In this document: one piece after another, positions 1 to 13,180 of the stretch
Layout of the letters: the number at the start of each line of letters is the position of its first letter
How positions within the stretch are numbered: position 1 is the stretch's first letter
NCBI GenBank assembly: GCA_964187785.1
Contig: OZ076409.1
Span: forward strand, 2,232,001-2,296,000
Direction: 5' to 3'
Length of the DNA: 64,000 bases
Origin: Amphiscolops sp. MND2022
Taxonomy: Eukaryota
Position numbers and translations under genes: made by a program
The notes under the pieces: model-generated
Seen by the model: only the letters and a program-made list of their open reading frames with translations
Told to the model about the DNA's origin: nothing
The model's database searches: none

Positions 1-230
1 ACCTCAAGACTCAGTTGCAGTTTTCTGCGTGGCCCGCCACACAATAGAGGAAAGTCCCGTAGATGGTGAGGCACTGAATATAACGTGTCTCAGCATCATA
101 TGGGTGAAAGCAGTTGCCAACACTACTGCTTCTGCAGCAGGGATGCTGGTGATGGGGGGTTTGATTTATTGGGACTCCAATTAGGTCAAAAAGCAGCTGA
201 GCCTGGGATCAATACCGAACGTTCCCATGA
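1..230. repeat. Diverged direct duplicate of 3641-3850
   Basis: acctcaagactc...gcagctgagcctg aligns with 3641 onward with scattered substitutions. Confidence 0.8.
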
Positions 231-1146
231 GGTAAGGTGTAAAATGACCGATCACTTTTCCACATTGAGAACTTTGTGAGAAACTGTGAGTACCAAAGTC
301 TAGTCAAGGAAACGAAAGGATACTGAAGTAAGACTTCTCAAACTTCTTTCAGGATCGAAAACATTTCTGAATTTTTGCGGCCACTTGATAGTGAAATTTC
401 AGCATTTTTTTGAAAGACAGCTAGAATCAAAGAGAGTTGCAATGGTTTCGATGAAAATGAGAGCTGATGGTAGTATGACATCTGATGTTGAGTCAATGTC
501 TTGAGCAAGGAATAGCATGTAGTGCTTACACTAAAACATTGGTTCAATTTCGTTTTTGTATCAAAGTCCTCAAATCTATCGTTTAACTGGAAGGGTTTCT
601 CACAGTGTCAAAAACGATGAATATTTTGTGACAAACTGCATTTTTGCACGAAGATTGAAAAATTGGAAAAAGGGCGTCACATTCAGCTTTTTTGGATATT
701 GACGAGGGCCCGTTCTAGTTTTTTTGACTGTCCACTAGAATATCAAGTATCCAAGAGTCACCAAAAATTCCTATTTTGAAAGTTTTGCATCTTGGTTAGT
801 CATTAAATCATTCAGCGGCTTTTGCTTCCCTTCTCAATTTCCTTCCACTTTCTTAGCTGTTTTTTGCCCGCTGCGTCTCGCCTAGTTTTTCTGAGTCACA
901 GGCTTTAATACCGAAGTTATTCATTTCACAAGTTAAACAGGCGACGCATTAAGAGCCAAAAGAACCCGAATGTTACAGTTACTAAGTTTTTTACAGTCGA
1001 CGTTTCCCGAGAAAAAGCACGGCTCTTGCAATGATCAAGTTTTTCTCCAGTTGGGCTCAATGTAAATGTTCATTGTGCTCAGAATTGTTTTTTCTGTTAA
1101 CTAATCATTATTATTAAGTGTTATGGAATTTGGGCAATAAATTTAA

Positions 1147-1586
1147 TCCTAATTGACCTGGGAATTTTTGCAAAAAATCAAAAATTCGGATTGAAAATTT
1201 TTAATAATTAATATCTCCACAACTACGCGTACCAGAGAAACGAACCATAGTGCGTTTGAAAGGTCTGGTATTGGGCTTTCATTTTGGTCAGGTGTTTGTT
1301 GTGCAAGTGTAGGGTTGTTTTTGGTATGGGTCAAGATTTTTTGAGAAAACTGGATTTCGCCAAAAACTGAAATTTAGAAAAAAGTAACAATTTTTTTGCA
1401 AAAAAACTTGATTTTCTCAGTTTTGGAGACATATTTACTCTTCCTAATGCTTGCTCCATCCAAATCAGTCTATGTACCAATGAACTGTTGAGTACAAATT
1501 GTGCTAAAGAATATGGGCTGCTGGCAAAAGGAATCAGAAATTGAAAAATGGTAGGCTGCTTTAAAGTACCACCAGGTTAATTCGGG
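1147..1586. mobile_element. piggyBac-like MITE
   Basis: TTAA on both sides; imperfect TIRs tcctaattgacctgg / ccaggttaattcggg; paralogue at 14832-15375. Confidence 0.6.
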
Positions 1587-2297
1587 TTAACTCTCTGCGT
1601 GAGAGATGTCCACCTTTCAACAATATGAAATTTCTATGGTATAGGTTCCAGTAACAATTTTTTGTGGCTTCCCAAAATTTTTATGGCGTACATCAACAGC
1701 TTCTTTGAACTACAAATAAACTTTAACACACATTGTTTTTGAACATGAGTCATCGTTATTCTCAATAGGTGTCTGATTTTTACACATTTACTTCACTTGC
1801 GGCCATACCTTTCTGGGCATTAGACCATGCACGAGTATTGCCTTATTCATTGACATCGAACATTGTTTCCGAGTGATAGAACGAAACGAGGAGAATGATG
1901 TCAAACGAGTCAAAGAATTCAGATATGCGAAAACAACAGTCATGCACTCTTGGAGGAAACTTGAGTTTTTCTCAACAAAAAGACATAGATTTGGGCGATT
2001 TGACATCCACAGTACCACCTAGGAGAGTTGTGGAACAAAGCAGCGAACCGCCATCAAAACCAATTATCAAACCCTCTGAAAAGAAACATAGCACTCTGAG
2101 AAGTCACATTTTATCACCATCGATGGCACCACCCATTTCATCAAAAAAGTTGTGAAATTTCGAAGAAATCAAGTGTAAGTTCAATGGGGTAGCATATTTG
2201 AGGCCCGAAAAATTCAGTGACTATTAGCGTCGAAGACATTTCGTACAAAATTAAAATGAACAGATTTGCCAAATAGGTCTCAAAAAACAGAATTACT

Positions 2298-2490
2298 AGC
2301 TTTTAGTGCTGTTACAGCCAATATGTATGAAACTTGATTCAATTGAAGAGGTTAGCATATATGTTGTATGGCTTCGCTCCCTTCGCCACGTAGCAACATT
2401 GAGGCATGGATATGGCACGTTGCTCCGCTTCGCTTCGCTCCTTTTAGGGCACTAGGGGTATATGAATATAGCTGACTACGTTATAATATT
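2298..2490. repeat. Dispersed repeat, inverted copy of ~13000-13180 plus 14171 onward; carries the empty site of the hAT at 13181
   Basis: tgttacagccaatatgt is the reverse complement of acatATTGGCTGtaaca with a single TSD copy. Confidence 0.75.
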
Positions 2491-5400
2491 AAGTTCAACA
2501 AAATTTCGGGCCTCGGATAATATTTCATTATCGAGCTTCAGTTTATCGGGCCTAAATAAACGTTCCCATTCAATGCAAACAAATACCAGACCAAAAAACC
2601 CTGGTCAAATTTGCCATCCATGTAAGTCAAAAGCAGCAGTCAGGCCAAACAACAGCAATCCAACATCTCCACTTGAACCCCCCGCTTCTAACGCTGAGAT
2701 TCCGCAGTCCGAGGACACAGTATTGGACCCAAGTTCACATCATGTCTTTGGCAAAATCATAAGTGCATTTAGTGATTTGGTTCCCTTTGATAGGAACTAT
2801 TTATTCGACTTGGAAGCTACTTCGGAGGTGGTTTTGCAAAACTTCAACAGTGCGGTTGCCTTATCTGCTGAAAAAGTTGGCCATCAAACCCAACCATCAA
2901 TTGACTAATCCAACCATCAAGTAGAAACATCAGTTGACCAATCGAACCGTCGAATCGATTCAACAGAAGGGCGGAACATTTCGTCAAAAACTTACAAATC
3001 TGATTCATCGTCAGAACGCGAGGGCTCGTCCGAGCGTGAGGAGTCTCTGTTTGTAGCTGACCCCAATGGGAGAGCAGACAAAAGAACCTTTCGGAAGCCC
3101 AAACGACCCGATATTTATTTTTGTTTGATATGCAAAAGAGCTTGTTGATAAGATGATAAATCACTTGAACAACTCACACAACCTCCAGAATGACCCCAGG
3201 ATCAAGCGCTTCATTGGCACTGCACTTACTATTCGACACTGTTAACAAAGAAATGCTATCAATGTCTATTATGTATGGAACGAATGGGATTAAAACAAAC
3301 CCACATCATAAACTTGATTGTATGTTTGATCGACAGAATGTGAAGCTTTTCCCTATTGATATACATCTTTCTCTCAAAAAGTCTAGTGAAGCTAGTGCTA
3401 TTCAATTTGAAGAAGTCGTACATCAGTTTGATCAACACATGCAGGGATTAGCTTACAGCACCCGTAATTCAGGTTCGATTCTCACTTTCTGCTTGATTGC
3501 ATCTTTTAATACAAAAATGCAATCGTGGAATGTAAAGTGGAAAATGTAATCGGTGCAGTGATAACAGACATAGCCATGCCAATGGTGGAATTCAACGATG
3601 CTGACTTCTCGGATGCGGGGAGGAAACTGCATTTATTAGGACCTCAAGACTCTGCTGCAGTTTTCTGCTTGGCCCGCCACACAATAGAGGAGATTCCCGT
3701 TGATGATGGGGCACTGAATATAATGTGTCTCAGCATCATATGGATGAAAGCATTTGCCAACACTACTGCTTCTGCAGCCGGGGATGCTGGCGATGGGGGG
3801 TTGATTTATTGGGACTCCAATTAGGTCAAAATGCAGCTGAGCCTGAGATCCAAGGGGAGCTAAGAGAAGAGGACGAGGAGGGGGAGTAGACCCAGAAGGC
3901 CCAGGAAAACCGCTTGCCAGTCCGGGGGAGTTACCAGGTGGACTAGGGGATGTTCAACACACAGTAAATAATGTGTTGAGAGCTTGGGCCATGTATATCA
4001 GAGACACTCCCACCCTTGTCGCTTTCAATAGTGATGACCAATTTCCTGGCTCGCGCATTCACCTGCGTATGGCAGTTTTTGCAAGTGTGCTACCATACGG
4101 TATCTCTCGAGGGAATGCCCCGGAGCGGATGGCCAGGGGGTAACAGATGCCATACAGGCATAAGCTGCTTCAGCATCAGGCATTTTTGCAATCGAGGGAG
4201 CACGTCTTCACCATGATGACTGCAATTAGGGTCCACCATGGTCGACTTGGATGGGACGCAGTTATGGTTCTCTTCTCTGAACGCGTGGCCCCAGAAGGAC
4301 ATTTAGACAGTCTTGGACAATCTTCACTAAATCCCGGGTCGCGACACCACGATATAGAGAGGGCTTTTGACTTCTTTAAACTTTTAAGTATTTGCCGACA
4401 AATTGTGACTTACTGTTTGGGTTTTATTGATTGAAAAACAATGATCTTTCAGACTTTGTTCACAAGGCTTGGGTAGCTTAGTTGTAGTTGTGATAAATCA
4501 CCAGTCATTCTCACCAGTCTCTCTTGAACATACCTTTCCACCTTGTTGCGAAGTCCCGTATGGTAGAACGGAGAAAGTTGCCATAAATGAACAGTTCAGA
4601 TGTTTCGAAAAAAAACTGACGAAAAGTCATGACTATAGTCGCTCTTTTCTAAAGAAAATCGCCGACTAAAAAGAAAACGAGCGTCTGATTACAATGTTGA
4701 TTACCAACTTTCGATGACAAAAATGACAACTAGAAAAGAATCAATTCCACCCGTTCTTTCAAACCAACGGTCCTTTTTGCGTTCTGAGGTAAAGTGAGAG
4801 TTTTAGAAAGACCAGATTAGTCATTCTATCAAAGACCAATCAAACTATAACAACTCAATACAAGTTTCATCATAGCATAACATGTCATTGAACTCTCAGT
4901 TATGGCATTCAAACATGTCACAGTCGATTAGGAAACCTTTAGAAACATTTTAATCGTTTTTTGTACAGCTTTTGGGATCGAAGACTTCAATCGGAATTCA
5001 AGCCAAATTCAATGCCAGCCGGTTTTCGAACATTTTGAGGATGACACAATATCAGAATGTACATGTCTCATGAGAGAGAAGACCCACTTCAGACAAGCAA
5101 AAGATGGCAATGGCTAAAAGCTCTCCTTCATTAATATTTATCCGAAAAACAATGACTATTTCAAAACACAACCCGGAAATAGCCTTGTTTTTGGATAGTT
5201 CTAAAACCTTTAAAACACATCGTTATGAAAAATGCCAACTCTGAACTGATGCGTAAAAGTTCCAGTTTTCTGCTTTATATGACTTTTTTTTAGTAGTATA
5301 ACTGCTTAAAATGTCTCACTTTTATAGTTTATGGTGTAATTTTTTTCTTTATCACAGCACCATTACAAAATTAGCTTTATAGTTGGCTGAGAAGATCTAA

Positions 5401-5507
5401 TAAAACTTGCGACGAGTTTTCTTATGTCTATTTTTCCCAGCTAAATAAATTAGGTTGAAAAAAACGAACTTCAGAAAACTTTTCGAAGGACGCAAATTGA
5501 TATATTA

Positions 5508-6829
5508 ACAAGCCGGGATCGACCCAAGTCGGCGCCATATCTAAGGCTCAAAAATACCAAAAGGACTTCAAAATGTCAAAGTATTGGTGAATTGGGGACC
5601 TTTTATGGAATTTTTTTCGCAAAAAGTCTCACAATGCCGAAAAAACTGAAAGGGGGGACCATTTGGGATTTTTCAAAATCCATTCTGTCCAAAAATATCA
5701 AAAAATTGAAGGTGGGACCCTTCGGTGAAAAAAATTTTTCGAAAAAAAGTCTCACAGAGCCGAAAATACTCTTTGGCCCCCTTGAGTTTCTTAAATGATA
5801 TAAAAATACTACTTCGTAAGCTAAGAATTGTAAGAAATTGAGAAATTGTAAGATTGTAAGAATTGTAAGAAAAGTGGACCATTCGAGTGAGATTGTCAGC
5901 AAAAAAAGAAAAAAAAACAAGCCGGGAACAGCCCAAGTCGGCGCCATATCCAAGGCTCAAAAATAGCAAAAAGACTTCCAAGTGTCAAGTATTCGTTTAC
6001 AGTAGTCGAAAATCAAAAAATTTTCGAAAATTTTTTTTTGAAAAAATTACATACTAAAAAAACGGACCGAGTGGCGCGCTAACGTCTCACAATGCCGAAA
6101 AACTGAAAGGGGGGACCCTTTGAGGTTTTTCAACATCCATTCTGTCGCAAAACATCAAAAAAATGCAGGAGGGAGTCTTTGAGGAAAAAAAATTTCGAAA
6201 AAAAATCCGAAAAAAAATGTCTCGCAGTGCCGAAAAAAATTGAAAGGGGGACTCTTTGGTCTCGCCCGGTATGATATGTTACGCGGAAAAACAGGTAAAA
6301 CCATTTTGGTCCAGTTCGCTAGGCCAAATGGTGCTATTTGACACCATAATATTTTGTAGAACTTTTAAGAACTATTTTGGTCAGTTCGTGTGGATAGAAA
6401 AAAAAAGAGTCACTATAATAGTCGCGTTTCACTTCATGAAGCGCCGACCAAAAAAACAAGCCGGGAACAGCCCAAGTCGGCGCCATATCTAAGGCTCAAA
6501 AAGACTCGAAAACCACTTTTTCTACAACTGGAGACAACAAAAGCTCTCAAAAAACTAAAAATTGAGAAAAAAAATCCGAATTTTTTTGAATTTTTTTCCG
6601 AAGTTTCCGGTAAGTCGCATAGTGCCGAAAAATGTAAAAGGGGGGACGCTTTTTATCTCATGTTAGACGCTTTGGATGCGTTGAAAATGAAGTACTAAGT
6701 ACATATGGTAAAAGTTGGTAAATGTGCATTAATTGCATTAATGCACAAAAAGTGGACGTTACGCGTTGAACTGACGAAAAAAAACTAGCCACTGTAAGAG
6801 TCGGGATTTTCTTCGAAAACGCCGACTAA
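5508..6829. mobile_element. Three head-to-tail Helentron-like non-autonomous elements (HINE family A): 5508-~5915 (truncated), 5917-6449, 6456-6829
   Basis: Each starts acaagccggga...aagtcggcgcc inside an A run; the second and third end in a hairpin agtcg...cgccgac(t/c)a; no TSD. Confidence 0.75.
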
Positions 6830-6927
6830 AATCTACCCACTGTAATAGCCGGGCTTTTTTCCTGGAGAGAAAAGGCACAGACTAAAAAAATGAACCTTGA
6901 TCGTAGTGAGTTAATAATATTATTAAC

Positions 6928-7180
6928 CTGGCGTGGGTGACCACAACTGGGAGTCCGTGGTCCAGACCCAACACGGACAAGTGCAGGAAGAGGGGGATAT
7001 GGGGGGTCCAGTCGAAGCCAAACTCGGTGATGAGGAGGTGACTGCAGAGGATGACGCTGGCGAAGCACCGCTGGAGGGCATACATGCCGAACGCGTAGTT
7101 GTTGCCCACTGTCGGGAAGGACAGAGACCCACCACCCCCACCGCCATTCAAGGGCTCTGCTGTGGAAGAGGAGGAGCTAG
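6928..7180 (-). CDS. fry: furry exon (SSSSSTAEP...LQRCFASVIL...DWTPHIPLFLHLSVLGLDHGLPVVVTHA)
   Basis: Acceptor ctttgcag, donor AG|GTTAAT; strong FRY-like DW..HLP..LH...LGLDH motif. Confidence 0.9.
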
Positions 7181-7372
7181 CTGCAAAGAAACAACAACCA
7201 GCTCTCATTATATATCACGCTCGCATAAACACGTCGTCGGAAACAGGTTTGAGTAGAGCTTTGTAAAAAATTCATGTAATAAAGCAACGTATACAAAATA
7301 TTGAAAAATATGAAATTCATTAGACGTCATAACTGAAAACTATAGAATTTCATTCGATTGTCTATGATCGTT

Positions 7373-8160
7373 TTTAGCGGCGCTTTTAGAATAGAAAAGC
7401 AGGACTATAACAGTCACTCGTTTTTATGTTTTTCTTTAAGACAGACTCGAATGCGACGAAATTTTTGTTCAACTAAACGAATATCTCTGAAACGCATCTA
7501 AGTTACTGCAAATGGTCCCCCTTTCATTTTCTCCTCTTTAAACGTAACATACAAAACCGGACGAGACTAAAGGGTCCCCTCCGATCGATTTTTTTTCGGC
7601 ACTGTGAGACTTTTTCGAAGATTTTTCATGTCTCCAAAGGATCCCCTTCAATTTTTTTAAAAAAGTTGCAAGAAATTGGATGTTAAAATAATAATATTAA
7701 TACTTCAATTTATCAGAGGGCATAAATAACAGACGATAAATTAAATCAAACAAAACGAATTTACAAAGAAGCCCTTGAAAAGGACCCCTAAAAGCACTAG
7801 GTCCCCTTTTTACATTTTTGGCACTGTGAGAGGGTGGGTTTCAAAATTCTCATTTTTCATCTGATATTAGGTTTTCTATTGCACCAATAATTTTTTCAAC
7901 ACTATTCGAATTTTTGATATTATATCCGAAGTGAAGCCCTATATCCGAATTTTTGAAGTTACATCCGAACTATAATGCGTTTTACTGAAAAGCACGCGGA
8001 AGTTCGAAAACAAGCGAACTCATTCATCCCAGCACGAAATTTTGGGATGCTTCGACACGTTTGTGCGAGTTTTTCATTGAAAAATACTTCAGCATACTTC
8101 AAACACTTTGCGCTTTTCGAGCCTTAAGTGGGGCGCCGACTTGAGACGTTCCTGTCTTGT
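7373..8160. mobile_element. HINE family A copy (opposite orientation) with a ~110-bp foreign insert near 7688-7800
   Basis: tttagcggcgctt... hairpin to ...ggcgccgacttgagacgttcctgtcttgt. Confidence 0.7.
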
Positions 8161-8649
8161 TATTTTTACAATCTCTTTAAAACAAAAGTTCATATTCGTA
8201 TAGGAGTTTCGAAGTAGAATGACAGCAAATTATGCAAAACGAACGATCTTTGTCAACAACAATGAACATTGAACATTAAGCAAGGCCTTTTTAGGGTTAT
8301 TTTTAACGAATTCAAAGAATATCTAGATATTTCCAAAATATGAAAGATTTTGACGTTTCCGGGATTCGAACCACTTCTAACGGAGTCCTAAACTAGCGGT
8401 CTAACCCTTCGGTTTAGCGGTTTCTATTTGCTTCAAATTTTATTCCTTCTAATTATGCCAACAATAACAATTGAAAAATTTTCATTGAAGGGACATCACT
8501 GAATTCATTCAAAAAGGCTCCTCGCTTTTGTTTTTGGACAAGAGTATCACATCGACGAAAACAAGAGATTCTGTGTTTATCATGTCTCCATCAGGGAAGT
8601 GTAACTAGCGAATATTTCTGGAACTCCGTTAGTGGAACTAACTGGAAAC

Positions 8650-10960
8650 CTAGACATGACTCGCTCGTAAATTTTAGTCATGTCACATGGCAAACAAATA
8701 CCGACTGCGTCACAGAGACGAAGAAACAAATTGCAGAAGTACCAGACTCTCCTGGTTATTTGACCATAACAAACAATTCCTCTTCGAACCCTGGTCCCTC
8801 AGGGGGAGTTCTTTTAGTTCTCGATGTCAACATCAAGCCGAGCGTTTTCAATCTTCAAATCGAATCGAAAACCAGCATTCGACTTGGGCAATTTGTAACG
8901 TTTCGAGCAAAAGCATTCTAGTAGGGGGTTTACTGCCGTCCAAATAGTATAGAAGAAATGAGAAGAGTTCTCTATGAAATTAGATTAGCGATAAAAAAAA
9001 TTTGGGCGTGTCCAATTTTCTTCTTGGCGGCTTCAATGCAAGGCATCCAAGCTGGGGCGACAAAAGCAATGCGCAAGGGGAAATCTTGAACGATTTCCGA
9101 CAACAAGAGACATCATAGCTCTTAATGATGGGGAGCCCACATTCACATGCACAAATGGAAAAAGCGTAATCGACTCGGTTATATGCAACGCCAATCTACA
9201 CAGGCTTTTTGCGGCCTCGGAATAGACTATTACACTGAAATGTTCACTGGCGACCCAAACAGAGGCCAATACCCAGTTATTGCCACATTTGATATCGCAG
9301 GAAACGGCACATCCACTCATGTAAAAGACCTCAAGAAAACCGATTGAGAAAATGGAGGGAAACACTGGAAAATTGCGTTCAATCGCGATGGCTTAAAATT
9401 GACGAATGCCATGATGCTACATGTTTATGGGGCATCTTGCTGCAATGTATCAGCGAAGCAGCCAACCTCACTATATTTCTCAAGCAAATCACTTTACAAT
9501 CAAAACCATACTTTAATGAAGAGTTGAAAATGCTTTAATTTCAACACCGAAAAGACAGGAAAATAATGAAACTCAGACCGGACCCCTTAAACACCTTCAA
9601 TTATGAAACCCTCAAACAAGAATTTCCGACTACCTCGATGAAATCCAAAGCTGAGCATTATAAAACTTGTGCAGAAACCCTGAACGTCAGCAACGGCTCA
9701 GATTTCTGAAAAGCCAGAAAATTTGTTGACTCGTACCAGAGATACAATACCAATGGTATGTCTTATTTCAAATGGCAAAGTTCCAGTAACGCTGATAAAT
9801 TTGAACATCTTTACGTTTTTCTCCGACAGTCGCCTCCACAGAAATATGTTTGATGAATCTTGGCTGAGGAATGTCGAAGACAAACTCACGGCAAATCTAC
9901 ATCAGTATTATGTGCAACCACTGAGCATACAGATAAGCGAAGAAGAGCTTGACAACGCTCTGAAGGAATCGCAAACAAGCAAGAAGTCCTACGATCCAGA
10001 TGGCATACATCCACTCATGCTCCGTCACACCGGAACTTTCTTTAAAATTGCCTGTCTCATGCTTTTTAACCTCTGTTTACATGCAGGCACCTACAATTGG
10101 AATTTAAATCAAGTCATTTTCCTCCGAAAACCTCACAAAGAAGACTACAATATCGCAAACACTTACAGACGAATTACACTCACTTCATACGTAGGAAAGC
10201 TGTTTGAACGCATTATAGAGAGACGATTGGGAAATGACTTGGAGGCGAAAGGGCTGATCGATGACAGCCAAGAAGGATTCAGAAAGCGGAGATGCACTGG
10301 TAGATGCATTTACAAACTCGTAGATAATATTCAAATATTATTGAGCAAGGAAAAGTAGCGGCTGCCCTTTTCATCGACCTCGAGAAAGCATTCGACTCGA
10401 TTTGGATTGACGGTCTCATGTATAAACTCCGTGAAGCAGGAATAAACAGCTACATTCTGAACATCATTGACCATTATCTCCGAAACAGAAACGTCTACAT
10501 CGAAACAGGCGAAAACCGATCAGAAAGCTTCAAGCCAAAAGTTGGCCTCCCTCAAGGAACCATTCCTTCTCCAATTTTCGTTTATCTTCTACATTGCAGA
10601 AATTTTCCAAGAATGCAAAGGTAAAACTGAAAAGTACGCTGATGACGCCACACATGTTTCAGCAGGTGACTCGATGGAAGAAGCTCTTTCGCATCTCCAA
10701 AAAGATTGCGAGGAAATCACAAAACGGATTGGAAAGTGCCGTCTTAACATCTCGGGGCCGAAAACAAAAGTTGTCATCTCATCTTTTCAAATATCTGTGA
10801 AGAAATCCGAGAATCTACAAAGAATATAGTGTTGCAAGGAAACACGATAAATTTCACGACAGAGTCAACAGCGCTCCGTATCACAATCGGTAACGAATTG
10901 AATTTTCGAGAAATGTTCAAGAAAAGCAGAAAAAGCCATGGGAGTTTTGGAACCTCATGT
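8650..10960 (+). mobile_element. Decayed non-LTR retrotransposon (LINE) ORF2: AP-endonuclease and RT remnants
   Basis: GGFNARHPSWG (EN); SYDPDGI, YRRITLTSYVGKLFERII, QEGFRK, FIDLEKAFDSIW, GLPQG, KYADD (RT); many stops and frameshifts; boundaries approximate. Confidence 0.88.
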
Positions 10961-11119
10961 ATACTGAGAATACATGAGTATCTGCAGTACTGCAGTCGAG
11001 AGGCCTGTTCAGTTCAGTTCAACTCAGGGATGGGAGCATTTAAATGTTTTGCTACCATTTCGGCCCAAGCTTCACCTTATTTGGTATAGAGGAGATAGAA
11101 GCTCTAGGCCACGTTTTTT

Positions 11120-11601
11120 TTAGTCGGAGCTTCATGAAGTGAAACGCGAACATGATAGTGACTTTTTTCAATCCACACGAACTGTCCAAAATAGATCTTA
11201 AAAGTTCTACCAAATTGTATGGTGTCAAATTGAACCACTTGGGCTGGGGAACTGACCACAAAGGTTGCTTTTTTTTCAGCGTAACATACAATACCGGGCG
11301 AGACTGAAGAGTCCCTCGTCCAGTTTTTTTTCGAAAAAAATATTTCCAGAGGGTCCCTTCAATTTTTTTGATGTTTTGCGACAGAATGGTTATTGAGAAA
11401 TCCGAAAGGGTCCCTTTTTCAGCGCGCCAGGGGCCCGTGCTAACGGGAAACGCGCGCGCCAGTTCGGTCGTTTGGGTTTTTCGAAAGTGTTTGGAAACTT
11501 TTTTGTAAGTTGGAAACTTTCGAGTTTTTTTGACTCTTTAATGTCCTTTTGCTATTTTTGAGCCTTGGATATGGCACCAACTTATGCCGTTCCCGATTTG
11601 T
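11120..11601. mobile_element. HINE family A copy
   Basis: tagtcggagcttcatgaagtgaaacgcg hairpin to ...ccgttcccgatttgt. Confidence 0.7.
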
Positions 11602-11650
11602 TCTAGTTTATCTTGAAGCGTTCATCATGTGACAAAGGTTGATAGCTGAC

Positions 11651-11845
11651 CTTGAAGGTTGTTTTGTTGGGTGTGAAGGCCGGTTGTGTTTGGGTTGGGT
11701 GGGGGGCCGAGCACGATGCTGGCGGCCAGGGGACAGAAGAAGAGGTTGTCTGGCAGGGGGAGGGGCTTGGCCTGGTGCTCGTTGCACCTGTTGAAACACA
11801 TCTTCCACACCAGCAGCCACGAGTTGATGTCGGACACCGGAGAAA
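11651..11845 (-). CDS. fry: furry exon (SPVSDINSWLLVWKMC...KPLPLPDNLFFCPL...NNLQ)
   Basis: Acceptor ttttag, donor G|GTCAGC; PLP.P...F..PL motif. Confidence 0.85.
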
Positions 11846-11989
11846 CTAAAGTGACAACAGCAAACCAAACAAACTAGAGGGTAGTGTAGAAGAACAACTA
11901 TGGATCTTAAACCATTGCAAATTAAAATAAACAAACAAACAAACAAACAAACACTGAGAAAATTGTCATTGAATGCGTGTGATTTTCGG

Positions 11990-12405
11990 GTGTCAGGACA
12001 TCTCAACCTATGCAATTTCACCGTTGCCATTTCAATCTATTGCATTTTCAACCGTCCGCAATTTCAACCTAAAGTAATTTTGGCTAATGGATCCTAATTA
12101 GTTACATAATTATTTTGGTGGTTTTAACTTTCATACATTTCTAAATTCAAATATGCTAATTTTCACACCAGTTTTGATATGTTTTGGCTTTTTCATCAAT
12201 AATTACCAATAATTAGGGATGTTTGATTCATTAGTAATTATGGTACTGAAATAATAGCTCAACTGAATGAAGACTATATAGCCAAAATTAGTTTAGGTCG
12301 AAATTGCTGACAGTTGAAAATGCAATAGGTTGAAACTGTGAGCGGTTGAAATGGCAACGGTTGAAATTGCATAGGCTGAAAGTGTATAGGACGAAATGTC
12401 ATGTA
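11990..12405. mobile_element. Foldback-type MITE with long TIRs built of short tandem units (ggttgaaa); partial copy at ~20375-20490
   Basis: gacatctcaacctatgcaatttc... mirrored by ...gaaattgcataggctgaaa...gaaatgtc; TSD not resolved. Confidence 0.55.
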
Positions 12406-13180
12406 TTATTTCGCCATGATTTGTATTACTTTGGATGAAAAACGAGGGACTACACTGCTAAATTGAATCAGCCGCAATTTTCTACCATCTGGTTTCTCAA
12501 GATCGGTGCTCTTTGCGTTGCGTGAACTGAACTGAAGTATTACGTAACAAATATTTCATCGAATAGAAGCCGCAGCTTATAGCTTCAACTTTCCATTGAA
12601 ACTGCCGCTCAAACTGAGGGCTGCTTCTATTCAGGGGTGATCTTTATTCGGGGACGACTTCTATTGAAAGAAGTCCATACGGTATCCATGTTGAAGCCGA
12701 ACTTTAAGAATGAAGAGCAGAAATGGATGATGAAGAATGTATTAGCAACTAGATAGCAATGTGAAAGGCAACAGCAAATGAATATCTGAACTTTATCGAT
12801 GTCTAGCAATTTTGACAGGTGTTAGTAAATAAACTGTTCACACTTATGCGTTTTGTCTAGCACTAAGGTTAACTTTCAATGTCAATCTATCACAATCGGT
12901 GGTTTCCCAAATGACATAAATGCAAATAACATAAAAATAAATTAATTCCCAGAAAACATAAAAGTACATGAATTCCCATTTAACATAAAAATAAAATATT
13001 ATTATAACGTAGTCAGATATGTTCACATACCCCTAGTGCCCTAAATGCAGGAGCGAAGCGGAGCGACGTGCCATATGGCCACGCCTCAATGTTGCTACTT
13101 GGCGAAGGGAGCGAAGCGACCGAGCCATACAACAAATATGCAAACCTTTTCAAATAACTCAAGTTCCAACATATTGGCTG

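Noticed and set aside
1788..3549. Host gene from the + strand ORFs (86-148 aa)
   Set aside because: No recognisable domain, no consistent splice chain; probably decayed repeat sequence.
5592..6698. Lys/Phe-rich ORFs in the ORF track (also 29197-29642, 47871-48516, 50078-51022)
   Set aside because: They are translations of A/T-run-rich HINE repeats with no conserved frame between copies.
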